Positions 20,572-30,617 are shown, counted from the first letter of the stretch. The stretch: DNA of 64,000 bases from an uncultured Chloroflexia bacterium (GCA_963748625.1 CAVVJT010000004.1:576001-640000); one strand, 5' to 3'. Numbers and translations: made by a program. Notes: generated from the sequence alone by a model not told the origin.

Positions 20572-21345
20572 ATGCCCGAGCAGCTCGACCTCTCGCTCGA
20601 GACGGCCCTCCCCCACCCCGGGGACGTGGCGCCGATGTGGCCGGTCGCGGCCGCCGAGCCGTTCGACTCCCCTGACTTCCTGTTCGAGCCGACCTGGGGC
20701 GGGCACCGGGTCCTCGTGTACGTGGAGCCGGGCGAGCGGGCGGGCGCGGGCGAGGTGCGCGTGGTCGACCCCAACGGCCTCGATGTCACCGCGCGCATCC
20801 CGGAGCTCAGGGGGCTTGCTGTGCGGGTGGCGGCCCGTTCGGCCGTGCTGGACGCCGAGCTGGTGGTGGTCGATGCCCAGGGTCGCGCCGACGACGACGC
20901 CCTCCGGGAGCGCCTGGCCGGCCGACCCGGACGCCCGGTCGCCTGCCTCGTGTTCGACCTGCTGCACCTCGACGGGCGCTGGCTCCTCCGGGAGCCGCTG
21001 GAGAAGCGTCGGGCCACCCTGCGGCGCGTGCTCCGCCCCGGCGACGAGGTGGTCGCGGTCCCGGCAATCGCGGGCGAGGGCCGCGCGCTCCACGCGGCGG
21101 TGTCCGAGCAGGGCATCGCGGGAATCCTGGCGCGACGGCGGACTGGCCCCTATCTGCCCGGCGTTCACAGCCGGCTGTGGCGTGCGATCCCGGCCACCCC
21201 GGTCGGTGCCGCGGACGCCCCCGTTGAGGCACCCGAGACCGAACCTGGACCTGCACCCCAACCGGCGATCGAGGCCGGTACCGCCCCCGTCATGGCGCTG
21301 TTCCGCCGCCTCCCCTTCGCCGACGAGTCCCCTGGCGAACGCTGA
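20572..21345 (+). CDS. ATP-dependent DNA ligase (LigD/LigC adenylation domain) homolog with degenerate active site
   Basis: PFDSPDFLFEP, VLDAELVV, VFDLLHLDG, PLEKRRATL, GPYLPG resemble the LigD ligase core; motif I reads EPTWGGHR. Confidence 0.75.
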   Translation: MPEQLDLSLETALPHPGDVAPMWPVAAAEPFDSPDFLFEPTWGGHRVLVYVEPGERAGAGEVRVVDPNGLDVTARIPELRGLAVRVAARSAVLDAELVVVDAQGRADDDALRERLAGRPGRPVACLVFDLLHLDGRWLLREPLEKRRATLRRVLRPGDEVVAVPAIAGEGRALHAAVSEQGIAGILARRRTGPYLPGVHSRLWRAIPATPVGAADAPVEAPETEPGPAPQPAIEAGTAPVMALFRRLPFADESPGER

Positions 21346-21354
21346 CCGGCGAGG

Positions 21355-22656
21355 CTATCGCCCGCGGATCGCCCTCGCGTACGTCCGCAGGGACGGTGGC
21401 TGCCCGTACACGAGCACGCCGGCCCGGTACACGCGGATCGCGAGCAGGATCGCGATCGGCACTGTGACAGCGAGGATCGTGAGCGAGAGCAGGACCTCGC
21501 CCGGCGTCGCCGTGCCGACGGACATCCGCGCCAGCATCACGAACGGACTCCAGAACGGCACGTACGACGCGATCTGGATGAACGTCCCCTGCCCGCCCGA
21601 CAGCGCGAGCACCGCCGGCAGGTAGCCCATGATCGCCGGGATGGACAGCGGCAACGCCACGGTCTGCAGATCCTCGGGCCGGCTCAGCAGCGAGCCCGCC
21701 CCCGCGTACAGCGCCGCGTACAGCGCGAACCCGAGCACGAAGAACGCCAGGAACCCGAGGATCAGGCCCGGCGACAACGCGGACAGCGAGGCGCCGGCGT
21801 TCTGGCCCGGCCCGAGCAGGGCATCGCTGATCCCGCCCGATGCCGCGAGCACGAGCATGGATGGCACCAGCACCAGGATCACCTGGGTCAGCCCGGCCGC
21901 ACCGATCCCCGCGATCTTGCCGGTGACGAGCTGCGGGGCCGTTGCCGCCGAGATCAGCAGCTCCATGACCCGGCTCGCCTTCTCTGCCACCACGCCGGAC
22001 GCCACCCACATGCCGTAGAAGACGAGCGTCAGGAACTCCAGGACGACGAGGACGATGCCGACGATGCGCCGGCTGCCGTACTCGGCGGGGTCGACCTGCT
22101 CCTGGCCGGAACCCGGACCCGACGCCTGGGCTGCGTCCTCGACCTTGAACGTGGGGATGACGAACGGCCGGGTGGCGGCGGGCTGCGACGCCGTCCAGTC
22201 AAGGATCCCCACCGCGAACGCGCCCACCTGGAGCAGTTGCTGGCGGTCCTGGCCGAGGCCGCCGATCGTGACGACCCGCATCGCGATGCCCTCGTCGGCC
22301 GTGCGCTCCAGGATCACCGCACCCGACGCCCGGCTGTCGGCCACCATGCCGACCGCCGTGGCCTCGTCGGAGACCACCTCGAAGACGAACGTCCTGGCCG
22401 CAGTATCGGCGCCGGCCTGGCCGTTGAGGAACGTGTCCATCGTGCCCACCGCCCGATCGGCAAGGCCAGGCTCCGCGGCGGCCACGGCGATCCGGGTGAC
22501 CGTCGCGCGGTCCACCACCCGGATGGCGACCGGGATCAGGGACACCATCATCGCGAGGCCCGCGAGCATGATCGTGGACAGCAGGAAGGCCCGCGACCCC
22601 GTGCGCTCCCCGAACTCGCGCTTCGCCACCAGCAGGGTGTTTCCGATGCGGCTCAC
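21355..22656 (-). CDS. ABC-2 permease (NatB/YhaP-like)
   Basis: VAKREF, VVAEKASRVMELL, GKIAG, VPFWSPFVM, RVYRAGVL. Confidence 0.88.
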   Translation of the reverse strand: MSRIGNTLLVAKREFGERTGSRAFLLSTIMLAGLAMMVSLIPVAIRVVDRATVTRIAVAAAEPGLADRAVGTMDTFLNGQAGADTAARTFVFEVVSDEATAVGMVADSRASGAVILERTADEGIAMRVVTIGGLGQDRQQLLQVGAFAVGILDWTASQPAATRPFVIPTFKVEDAAQASGPGSGQEQVDPAEYGSRRIVGIVLVVLEFLTLVFYGMWVASGVVAEKASRVMELLISAATAPQLVTGKIAGIGAAGLTQVILVLVPSMLVLAASGGISDALLGPGQNAGASLSALSPGLILGFLAFFVLGFALYAALYAGAGSLLSRPEDLQTVALPLSIPAIMGYLPAVLALSGGQGTFIQIASYVPFWSPFVMLARMSVGTATPGEVLLSLTILAVTVPIAILLAIRVYRAGVLVYGQPPSLRTYARAIRGR

Positions 22657-23609
22657 GGTGCCGGCACCGGGTCGGCCACGTCCGGCGCGAGGTGCTGGAC
22701 CTCGTCGGCGGGATGCCCGACATGGTCGATGAAGACTTGCTCGAGGGTGGGATCGGCCACCTCGAAGTGGATCACCCGCGCGCCCGCGGCAACGGCTGCG
22801 GCCAGCACGGCGTCGGGCTCGATGCCTTCGTCCAGCTCCACGGTCGAGCGGTCCATGCCCGCCTGGAGCACCCGTGTGCCGACCACGCCTGACAGCCAGG
22901 GCAGGCGCGGATCGCCGGCCACTGAGATCCTGACCATCCGGCGCCCGGTGGACCTCCGCACCTCGCGCAGCGGCCCGCCCACCACCATCCGCCCCCGGTC
23001 CACGATCGCGACGGAATCGCACAGCGCCTCGGCCACCTCCATCTGGTGGGTGGAGAAGACGACGGTGCGCCCGCGGTCGCGAAGCTCCAGGAACGCCTCG
23101 CGCAGGAGCATGACGTTGACCGGGTCCAGGCCCGTGAACGGCTCGTCCATCAGCAGCACCTGCGGTTCGTGGAGGACCGCGGCGATGAACTGGACCTTCT
23201 GCTGGTTGCCCTTCGAGAGCTGCTCGGCCTTGCGGGGGGCGAGGTCCTCGGCCCGGAACCTTCGAAGCCAGGCAAGTGCCTCGCGCTTCGCCCGGCCGGC
23301 GGGCACACCGTGGAGCCCCGCGAAGAAGACGAGCTGGTCGAGGACGTGCATCCGCGGGTACAGGCCGCGCTCCTCGGGCAGGTAGCCCCAGGTCGCGCGC
23401 GGCAGGCGGTGGCTCTCCGTGCCCTGCCAGGTGATGCGGCCGGCGTCGGGCTCCAGGACGCCCAGCGCGATGCGCATCGTCGTGGTCTTGCCCGCGCCGT
23501 TGGCGCCGAGGAAGCCGAAGACCTGGCCCGCCGGCACCTCGAACGCGAGGTCGTCGAGGGCGCGCACGCTCCCGAAGCGCTTGTGCAGATGGTCGACGAC
23601 GAGGCTCAT
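22653..23609 (-). CDS. ABC transporter ATP-binding protein (NatA/YhaQ-like)
   Basis: GANGAGKTT, GYLPEERGLY, LSKGNQQK, DEPFTGLDPVN. Confidence 0.93.
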   Translation of the reverse strand: MSLVVDHLHKRFGSVRALDDLAFEVPAGQVFGFLGANGAGKTTTMRIALGVLEPDAGRITWQGTESHRLPRATWGYLPEERGLYPRMHVLDQLVFFAGLHGVPAGRAKREALAWLRRFRAEDLAPRKAEQLSKGNQQKVQFIAAVLHEPQVLLMDEPFTGLDPVNVMLLREAFLELRDRGRTVVFSTHQMEVAEALCDSVAIVDRGRMVVGGPLREVRRSTGRRMVRISVAGDPRLPWLSGVVGTRVLQAGMDRSTVELDEGIEPDAVLAAAVAAGARVIHFEVADPTLEQVFIDHVGHPADEVQHLAPDVADPVPAP

Positions 23610-23718
23610 GCGCGGCCGAGCATAGCCGCCACACCCCCGATCGGCCCCGGACGGATGGTCCCGGCCCACCCCGGTACCCCCGTCGCCACCCCAGCGGTCC
23701 GAGGGGTACGATCGGAAC

Positions 23719-24117
23719 GTGCAGGACATCCGGGTCAACCCCACCGCCATTGACGTCAACCGTGCCGCCGGCACCATCCGCCTTGGCTGGGCCGACGGCC
23801 ACGAGACCACCTATGACAGCGTCACGCTGCGCTGGCTCTGCCCGTGCGCGTACTGCCGGGGTGAGGCGGGCGTGCCCGGCTGGCTGGACTCCAATCCCAC
23901 GCTGACGCCCGCACAGACGCAGATCACCGATGCCGCCCTGGTGGGCAGCTACGCCATCCAGCTCACCTGGGGCGATGGCCACAGCACCGGCTTCCACACC
24001 TACATGCTGCTCCGCGAGATGTGCCCCTGCGCCGACTGCGCTCGCGCCCGCGAGCAGCACCGCGAGCACGACGAGCCCGCCGGCGGCGACCGCCACTGGC
24101 ATGGAGGAGACCGATGA
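23719..24117 (+). CDS. DUF971 / gamma-butyrobetaine hydroxylase N-terminal-like metal-binding protein
   Basis: WADGH, LRWLCPCAYC, VGSYAIQLTWGDGHSTG; second CPCADC. Confidence 0.85.
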   Translation: MQDIRVNPTAIDVNRAAGTIRLGWADGHETTYDSVTLRWLCPCAYCRGEAGVPGWLDSNPTLTPAQTQITDAALVGSYAIQLTWGDGHSTGFHTYMLLREMCPCADCARAREQHREHDEPAGGDRHWHGGDR

Positions 24118-24458
24118 TCATCGCGACCACGCCGTACATCGCGGGCTACCGGGTGGCGGAGACCAAGGGCCAGGTGTTCGGAGTGGTCGTCCGAAGCCGG
24201 GGCCTCGGCGGCAACATCGTTGCGGGTCTCCGCTCCATCGCGGGTGGCGAGATCCACGAGTACACCGCGCTGCTCGAGGACACCCGGCGCCAGGCGATCG
24301 ACCGGATGGTGCAGAACGCGACGCTGGTAGGCGCCAACGCGGTGATCTCCATGCGCTTCGACTCGTCCGAGCTGGCGGGCACGATGTCCGAGATCGTCGC
24401 CTATGGCACCGCCGTGGTGCTGGCGCCGGACATGGTGGCGCCACAGCCCGTCGAGTAG
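24114..24458 (+). CDS. YbjQ/UPF0145 family protein
   Basis: IIATTPYIAG, GGEIHEY, GANAVISMRFD, AYGTAV. Confidence 0.9.
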   Translation: MIIATTPYIAGYRVAETKGQVFGVVVRSRGLGGNIVAGLRSIAGGEIHEYTALLEDTRRQAIDRMVQNATLVGANAVISMRFDSSELAGTMSEIVAYGTAVVLAPDMVAPQPVE

Positions 24459-24475
24459 CGCGGGCTGGGTGCACG

Positions 24476-24829
24476 ATGGGCGTGACCATCGCCCGGGGGC
24501 TGATCGGCGGCACCGGGGTTGTCCTGGTCCTGCTGGCCATCGCGTTCCTGGGGATCGCGGGTCCGGCTGCCGACCTGTTCACGGCGCTCTTCCTGTTCGT
24601 GCCGGGCGTACTGCTCGTCGGGGCCGTGCTGCTGGAGCGCGTCCGCTACCGCTCCCTCCATGCCGAGCGCACCGGCGACCGGGCCGGACCCGGTGGCGGC
24701 GAGACTGCGCACCCCGATGCGCGCTTCCAGCCCACCGGTGAGGTCTTCGTGGACCCGACCACCCGTGTCCGCATGCGGGTGTGGCTGGATCCGGCCACCG
24801 GCGACCGGCGGTACGTCCCGGAGGGGTAG
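24476..24829 (+). CDS. Small membrane protein (2 TM + C-terminal FVDP/RRYV domain)
   Basis: Two hydrophobic helices, ERVRY, FQPTGEVFVDPTT...GDRRYV. Confidence 0.6.
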   Translation: MGVTIARGLIGGTGVVLVLLAIAFLGIAGPAADLFTALFLFVPGVLLVGAVLLERVRYRSLHAERTGDRAGPGGGETAHPDARFQPTGEVFVDPTTRVRMRVWLDPATGDRRYVPEG

Positions 24830-24942
24830 CGGTCGAACCCGCGCGTCGGGACGGCGCGGCAGACCGGTTCGCGCCACCGGAACACGGCGCACAATCACCC
24901 TGAACGGGCCCGAGCCCGCCCGCACGACGAGGAAACAGCCCC

Positions 24943-25317
24943 ATGCAACCCGGCGAGCCGCCGTACACCCCGCCGCCGCCCATCCCGCCGGGCGGCGCGC
25001 CCACCAAGTTCTGCTTCGCTTGCGGCCAGGTCATCGACGTCCGCGCCGAGATCTGCCCCAAGTGCGGCGTCCGCCAGCCGGGCATGGCGAACAGCATCGA
25101 CGCGCAGCTGGGCCACTCGCGGATCGTGGCGTCCCTGCTCGCGATCTTCCTGGGCGCCTTCGGCATCCACAAGTTCTACCTGGGCAAGATCGGCCAGGGC
25201 GTCGTCTACCTGGTGTTCTTCTGGACGTTCATCCCGGCGCTGATCGGGTTCATCGAGGGCATCTGGTACCTGACGATGTCGGACCAGGAGTTCTGGAGCC
25301 GCTACCCCGGCCGCTAG
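24943..25317 (+). CDS. TM2 (NINE) domain protein with zinc ribbon
   Basis: KFCFACG...CPKCG; LLAIFLGAFGIHKFYLG; GFIEGIWYL. Confidence 0.88.
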   Translation: MQPGEPPYTPPPPIPPGGAPTKFCFACGQVIDVRAEICPKCGVRQPGMANSIDAQLGHSRIVASLLAIFLGAFGIHKFYLGKIGQGVVYLVFFWTFIPALIGFIEGIWYLTMSDQEFWSRYPGR

Positions 25318-25347
25318 CGTCATCCGAGCCCCTGGAGCCGACGAGCC

Positions 25348-26407
25348 ATGATCGAGCCGCCCGACCTGCCGCCCCCTGCGCCCGCGGCGCCAATTCCCGG
25401 CCCACCCGAGGCTCCGGGCCCCTACGCGACCGTGTGTCACGCCTGCGGCAGGTCGGTCGATGCACGCGCGCAAGCCTGCCCGCACTGCGGCGCATGGCGT
25501 CTGGCCCCCGGCGCCGGCACCCAGATCCCGGCGTACGGTGAAGGGAAGGATCGCGTCCTGGCGATCGTTCTCGCCCTGCTCCTGGGCGGCCTCGGGATCC
25601 ACAAGTTCTACCTGGGCCGGATCGGGCTTGGGATCCTCTACCTGGTGTTCAGCTGGACGGGCATCCCGGGGCTGATCGCGTGGATCGAGGCGATCCTGTA
25701 CCTCCGCCGCAGCGACGAGTCGTGGGCTGCGGAGTACGGGGGCCCCGTCCGGCAGACCAGCAGCACGGCGATCGGCTGCCTGTGGGCCGTGGTGATCGTG
25801 CCGGTGGCGCTCGGGCTCATCTCCCTGCTCGCGATCGTCTCGCTGCTGTTCATGGGCAACCAGATCAGCGGCATCCTCGACGAGGTGGATCGAGGGGTCC
25901 CCATCTCGTCACCCCTGGCTCCAGCCTCACCGTTCGCGCCAGCTGCCACCTCGCCGTCGGCCTCGACGACAGCCATCGACGCGCTGCTCGAGGAGGCGGC
26001 CGCGAACCCCGACGACGTGGACGTCCTGCTCGCGCTGGCCGACGCCTACTACGCGGCCGAGGACTACACGGCATCCGGCACCTGGTTTGACAAGGTCCTC
26101 GCCGTGGACCCTGGGAACGAGGAGGCACGGCTCGCCCGGGGGGCCGTCCACTTCAACCTCGGCGAATTCGAGCAGGCCAAGCGGGTGTGGCTCGCCTTTG
26201 CTGCGGCACACCCGGACGACCAGGAGGTCCACTACGACCTGGGGTTCCTCTATCTCAACGAGGAACCACCCGACTGGGACGGCGTGCAGCGAGAGTGGAA
26301 TCGTGGTCGTGGCCATCGATCCTTCCACCGAGCTTGCCCGAGCCGTCAAGGCGCACCTCGACAGCCTCGCGGCCTCCTCCATGCTTCCTGCGGCACCCAC
26401 ACCGTGA
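25348..26407 (+). CDS. Zinc ribbon-TM2-TPR fusion protein; probable +1 frameshift near 26305
   Basis: CHACG..CPHCG; LLLGGLGIHKFYLG; TPR repeats; TPR continues (VVAIDPSTELA...) in shifted frame to stop at 26407. Confidence 0.75.
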
Positions 26408-26595
26408 GGTCACCAACACCCTGAGGTCACCGAGACACGCGCGCCGGGCGGCAGCCGTCGGCCAGCCGCACAGGCGCCTCAGGAGGACCTGCCGAGGACG
26501 GATGGTAGGATTCACGGACTCCCGAACCGGTGATCCGGGGTGGCTGGGGCGCCGTTGCGCCCCAGGACCGGTGACCGGCGGGCCCAAGAGGACCC

Positions 26596-28770
26596 ATGGC
26601 CACCGTTCGCCCTGCTCCCGGTCCCCGCGTCGCTGGTCGCGGCCGCCGTCGAGCGGCGCGTGACCAGCGGGGACCCATCCTCAACCGCGAGCTCAGCTGG
26701 ATCGAGTTCAATGCGCGCGTGCTCCACGAGGCGCGGGACTCCCGCAATCCCCTGCTGGAGCGGGTCAAGTTCCTGGCGATCTTCGCCAACAACCTCGACG
26801 AGTTCTTCCAGGTCCGCGTGTCCGGCCTGCGCCGCCAGGACCAGTCGAACTCGTCGCACCACTCCCTCGACGGCCTCACCCCGTCCCAGCAGCTCGATGC
26901 CATCCGCGAGCGCGTCCGCGAGCTGATCGCCGACCATTCCACCATCTGGAACGACATCCGCAAGGACCTCGCGGCAGAGGGCGTCGAGATCCTGGACTAC
27001 GAGGAGGTCCCGGAGCACCACGAACTGCTCCGCCGCCGCTTCCACGACGAGATCTTCCCGGTCCTCACGCCGCTCGCGGTGGACCCGGGCCACCCGTTCC
27101 CGTACATCTCCACGCTGAGCCTCTCGATCGCCGTGGGACTGCGCGACCCGGAGACGGGCGAGAGGCGCTTCGCCCGCGTCAAGATCCCGCCCATCCTGCC
27201 CCGCCTGTTCGCCGTCGAGCGCGACAAGTTCGTCCTCCTCGACCAGGTCATCGAGGCCAACCTCGACGAGCTGTTCCGGGGCATGGAGATCAACGAGACG
27301 CACCTGTTCCGGGTCACCCGTGACGCCGACATCACGCTCGAGGAGGACGAGGCCGACGACCTCCTGCTCGCGATCGAGGAGGAGGTCCGCCGCCGCCGCT
27401 TCGGCCAGGCCGTGCGCCTGGAGACCGAGCGCTCGATGCCCGAGCTCACCCGCCAGATCCTGATCAAGGGCACCGGCGTCCGCGAGGAGGACTGCTTCGA
27501 GGTCTCGGGCATGCTCGACCTCACCGCGCTCTTCCAGCTGGCGGGCCTGGACCGCCCCGACCTCAAGGCACCCCCGCATACACCGGTCATCCCGCCCCGC
27601 CTGCAGCCGCCCGATGAGGACGAGCCCACCGATGTCTTCGCCCAGATGCGCGCGGGCGACATCTTCGTGCATCACCCCTACGAGTCCTTCTCGGCCTCGG
27701 TGGAGCGGTTCCTGGACCAGGCGGCCGATGACCCGGACGTCCTCACGATCAAGCAGACGCTGTACCGGACGTCGGGCGACTCCCCCATCGTCAAGGCGCT
27801 GATCCGTGCCGCGGAGCGGGGCAAGCAGGTCGTGGTGCTGGTCGAGATCAAGGCCCGCTTCGACGAGGCGAACAACATCATCTGGGCCCGCCGCCTCGAG
27901 CAGGCCGGCGCCCACGTGGTCTACGGCCTGGTCGGCCTCAAGACCCATTCGAAGGTGGCGCTCGTCGTCCGCCGCGAGGGCCACGGCCTGCGCCGCTACT
28001 GCCACATCGGCACGGGCAACTACAACGGCAAGACGGCCCGCCTGTACGTGGACCTGGGCCTGCTCACCTGCCGAGAGGAGCTGGGCGCGGACGTCACCGA
28101 CCTGTTCAACGTCCTCACCGGCCTGTCGCGCCAGCGGGTCTTCCGCCGCCTCCTGGTCGCGCCGATGACCCTGCGCTCGCGGTTCCTCGAGATGGTCGAG
28201 CGCGAGGCCGCCGCCGCCCGAGCGGGCAATCCGGCCCGCATCGTCCTCAAGGTCAACTCCCTGGTCGACACGCAGGTGATCGAGGCGCTCTACGAGGCAT
28301 CCCGGGCCGGCGTGGAGGCCGACCTGATCGTCCGCGGCGCCTGCTGCCTCGTCCCGGGCGTCCCCGGCGTTTCGGAGAACATCCGTGTCCGCTCGATCGT
28401 CGGCGAGTTCCTGGAGCACTCGCGCATCTGGATGTTCCACAACGGCGGCCGGGCGGAGTGGTACATCGGCTCAGCCGATCTCATGGAGCGCAACCTCGAC
28501 CGCCGGGTGGAGGTTGTGACCCCCGTGGAGGATGGCGAGGCCCGCTCCCGCATGCGCCGCATCATCGAGGTCATGATGGCTGACGACCGCCGCTCCTGGC
28601 AGCTGGGCAAGGACGGGCGCTGGACCCGCACCGAGGTGCTCGAGTCGCGCGAGGGCACCGCCGACACGTTCGCGGTGCTCAAGGAGGACGCCTCGGCCTC
28701 GGCCGTGGTCACCACCGACCTGCCGAGCCGCCCGCACGCGCTGGCCGGCTCCATGGATCCCCGCGCATGA
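26596..28770 (+). CDS. ppk1: Polyphosphate kinase 1
   Basis: NRELSWIEFNARVL, HPFPYIS, HHPYESF, KQTLYRTS, KARFDE, LKTHSK, FLEHSRI, SADLMERNL. Confidence 0.98.
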   Translation: MATVRPAPGPRVAGRGRRRAARDQRGPILNRELSWIEFNARVLHEARDSRNPLLERVKFLAIFANNLDEFFQVRVSGLRRQDQSNSSHHSLDGLTPSQQLDAIRERVRELIADHSTIWNDIRKDLAAEGVEILDYEEVPEHHELLRRRFHDEIFPVLTPLAVDPGHPFPYISTLSLSIAVGLRDPETGERRFARVKIPPILPRLFAVERDKFVLLDQVIEANLDELFRGMEINETHLFRVTRDADITLEEDEADDLLLAIEEEVRRRRFGQAVRLETERSMPELTRQILIKGTGVREEDCFEVSGMLDLTALFQLAGLDRPDLKAPPHTPVIPPRLQPPDEDEPTDVFAQMRAGDIFVHHPYESFSASVERFLDQAADDPDVLTIKQTLYRTSGDSPIVKALIRAAERGKQVVVLVEIKARFDEANNIIWARRLEQAGAHVVYGLVGLKTHSKVALVVRREGHGLRRYCHIGTGNYNGKTARLYVDLGLLTCREELGADVTDLFNVLTGLSRQRVFRRLLVAPMTLRSRFLEMVEREAAAARAGNPARIVLKVNSLVDTQVIEALYEASRAGVEADLIVRGACCLVPGVPGVSENIRVRSIVGEFLEHSRIWMFHNGGRAEWYIGSADLMERNLDRRVEVVTPVEDGEARSRMRRIIEVMMADDRRSWQLGKDGRWTRTEVLESREGTADTFAVLKEDASASAVVTTDLPSRPHALAGSMDPRA

Positions 28771-30617
28771 CGGCCCAGGACGGGACTCCGAAGCAGGGCG
28801 GGACTCCGAAGCAGGACGGCACCACCGGCCCGGACGGGACTCCGAACCAGGACGGGACTCCGATCGAGATCGAGCTCAAGTACCGCATGACCGACGTGTC
28901 GACCGGCGAGCGCCTGCTGGCGGCAGACGACCTGGCGGGCTTCACTGCGCTCGGCCCGGCCGAGACGGTGTTCCACGAGGACCACTACGTGGACACGGCC
29001 GACCGGGCACTTGCAGCTGCCGGGTATGCCGGGCGCCTGCGCACATCGGGCGAGACCACGGTGATCACCCTCAAGGGACTCCTCCGCCTCGATGATGGCG
29101 GTGCGACCCATCGTCGCGAGGAGCTGGAGGGTCCGGCCGACCTCGAGGCGGACGTCGCTGGCTGGGCCGAGTCCGCCGCGCGGGACGCCGTGCTCGCGAT
29201 TGCCGGGTCGAGCCCGCTGGGCGAGCTGGTCCGGATCCGGCAGCAGCGCCGCAAGCGGCTGTACGGGAGGGATGGGGCCGTGGTCGAGGTCTCCGTCGAC
29301 GGCGTCGAGGTCGTCAAGGACGATGCCGTGATCGAGCGCTTCGCGGAGCTCGAGCTGGAGCTGCGCGAGGGCCACGAGGACGCGCTCGAGCCGCTCGTGG
29401 ACCTGCTGGCCGAGGTGGAGGAGCTGGTTCCGGCGGACACGTCCAAGCTTGAACGCGCCCTGGACGCCGTGACCCGGCACGAGGCGGCGGCGGAGCAGGA
29501 CGACGACGACGACGATGACCCGGGTGCGCCGGCCGATGCCAAGGCCCCGGCCAAGGGCAAGGCCGCCCGCGCTGCCGCTGCCGCTGAGGCTGCGACCACC
29601 GCTTCGGCTGCGACCCCCGCTGCCGCAGCCGCGGTTGAGGGCGAGGGCGAGGGTGTCGAGGCCCCCAAGGTTCCCCGGATCATTGTCCCCAAGACGCCGG
29701 GTGTCCTCGCCGAGGACCACGTGGCGGAGGCCGGCCGCAAGGTCCTGCGCTTCCACCTCGCCCGCATGCTCGCCCGCGAGGAGGGCACGCGCCTGGGCAA
29801 GGATCCCGAGGAGCTGCACGCGATGCGCGTCGCCACGCGACGCCAGCGGGCGGCCTGGCGGGTGTTCGGTGAGGCGTTCGACAGCCATCGGACCGAGCGC
29901 CACCGCCGCAGGCTCAAGGAAGTCGCTGCGGACCTGGGTGCCGTTCGGGACCTCGACGTGCTCATCGCGGCGGCCGAGCTCTACCAGGGCGGCCTGGCCG
30001 GCCCAGAGGCGCGGGCGTTCGACGCGCTCATGCGTGGCTGGCGCGTCCGGCGCGATGCCGCGCGCATCGTGCTCACCAAGGAGCTGGACTCCGGCAAGTA
30101 CCGCAAGTGGATCGACGAGTATGTCGAGTTCCTCCAGACCGAAGGCATGGGCGTGCGGGCCGTGGGGCCCGTGGAGCCGCACCGCGTCCGGGACTCGATG
30201 CCCTCACGGATCTGGGCCGCGTACGAGGTCGTACGCGCCTACGAGCCGGTGATGCGCTGGGCGGACGTCACCACGCTGCACGACCTGCGGATCGCGGCCA
30301 AGTGGCTGCGCTACACGCTGGAGTTCGCGCGTGAGGCGCTCGGGCGAGAGTCGGGGCCGGTGATCGAGAAGGTCGTCGCGCTCCAGGATCACCTGGGCTG
30401 GCTGCACGATGCCGATGTTGCGGCGGGCCTGGCCCGCCAATTCCTGCTGGAGAATGCCGGCAAGCTCTCGGAGGCGGAGAGCGCGGCGATCGGGCGCTAC
30501 CTGGTGGACCGCGAGCGGGAGCTGGCGCGGCTGCGCCGGACCGTCGGGCCCGCCTGGCGCGGCGTCTCGTCGATTGTCTTCCGGCGCGCGCTCGGCCGCG
30601 TGGTCGCGGGCCTGTAG
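28767..30617 (+). CDS. CYTH + CHAD domain protein (polyphosphate-binding)
   Basis: CYTH EIELKY, ELELEL, SKLER; CHAD EELHAMRVATRR, VRDLDV, LHDLRIAAKWLRYTLE, QDHLGWLHD; ATGA overlap with ppk1. Confidence 0.9.
   Translation: MTAQDGTPKQGGTPKQDGTTGPDGTPNQDGTPIEIELKYRMTDVSTGERLLAADDLAGFTALGPAETVFHEDHYVDTADRALAAAGYAGRLRTSGETTVITLKGLLRLDDGGATHRREELEGPADLEADVAGWAESAARDAVLAIAGSSPLGELVRIRQQRRKRLYGRDGAVVEVSVDGVEVVKDDAVIERFAELELELREGHEDALEPLVDLLAEVEELVPADTSKLERALDAVTRHEAAAEQDDDDDDDPGAPADAKAPAKGKAARAAAAAEAATTASAATPAAAAAVEGEGEGVEAPKVPRIIVPKTPGVLAEDHVAEAGRKVLRFHLARMLAREEGTRLGKDPEELHAMRVATRRQRAAWRVFGEAFDSHRTERHRRRLKEVAADLGAVRDLDVLIAAAELYQGGLAGPEARAFDALMRGWRVRRDAARIVLTKELDSGKYRKWIDEYVEFLQTEGMGVRAVGPVEPHRVRDSMPSRIWAAYEVVRAYEPVMRWADVTTLHDLRIAAKWLRYTLEFAREALGRESGPVIEKVVALQDHLGWLHDADVAAGLARQFLLENAGKLSEAESAAIGRYLVDRERELARLRRTVGPAWRGVSSIVFRRALGRVVAGL
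28776..28864 (+). repeat. 18-nt coding repeat (QDGTPK-like, about 5 units)
   Basis: caggacgggactccgaag-like units at the N-terminus of the CYTH-CHAD gene. Confidence 0.8.

Noticed and set aside
21355-24102. 915-aa ORF as a single fusion protein
   Set aside because: Only 21355-22656 is permease-like; the upstream part is an alternate frame over the ATPase gene
26405-26431. tgaggtcacc direct repeat upstream of ppk1 as a PHO box
   Set aside because: Spacing is 17 nt rather than 11, and the first copy overlaps a stop codon; likely a local duplication
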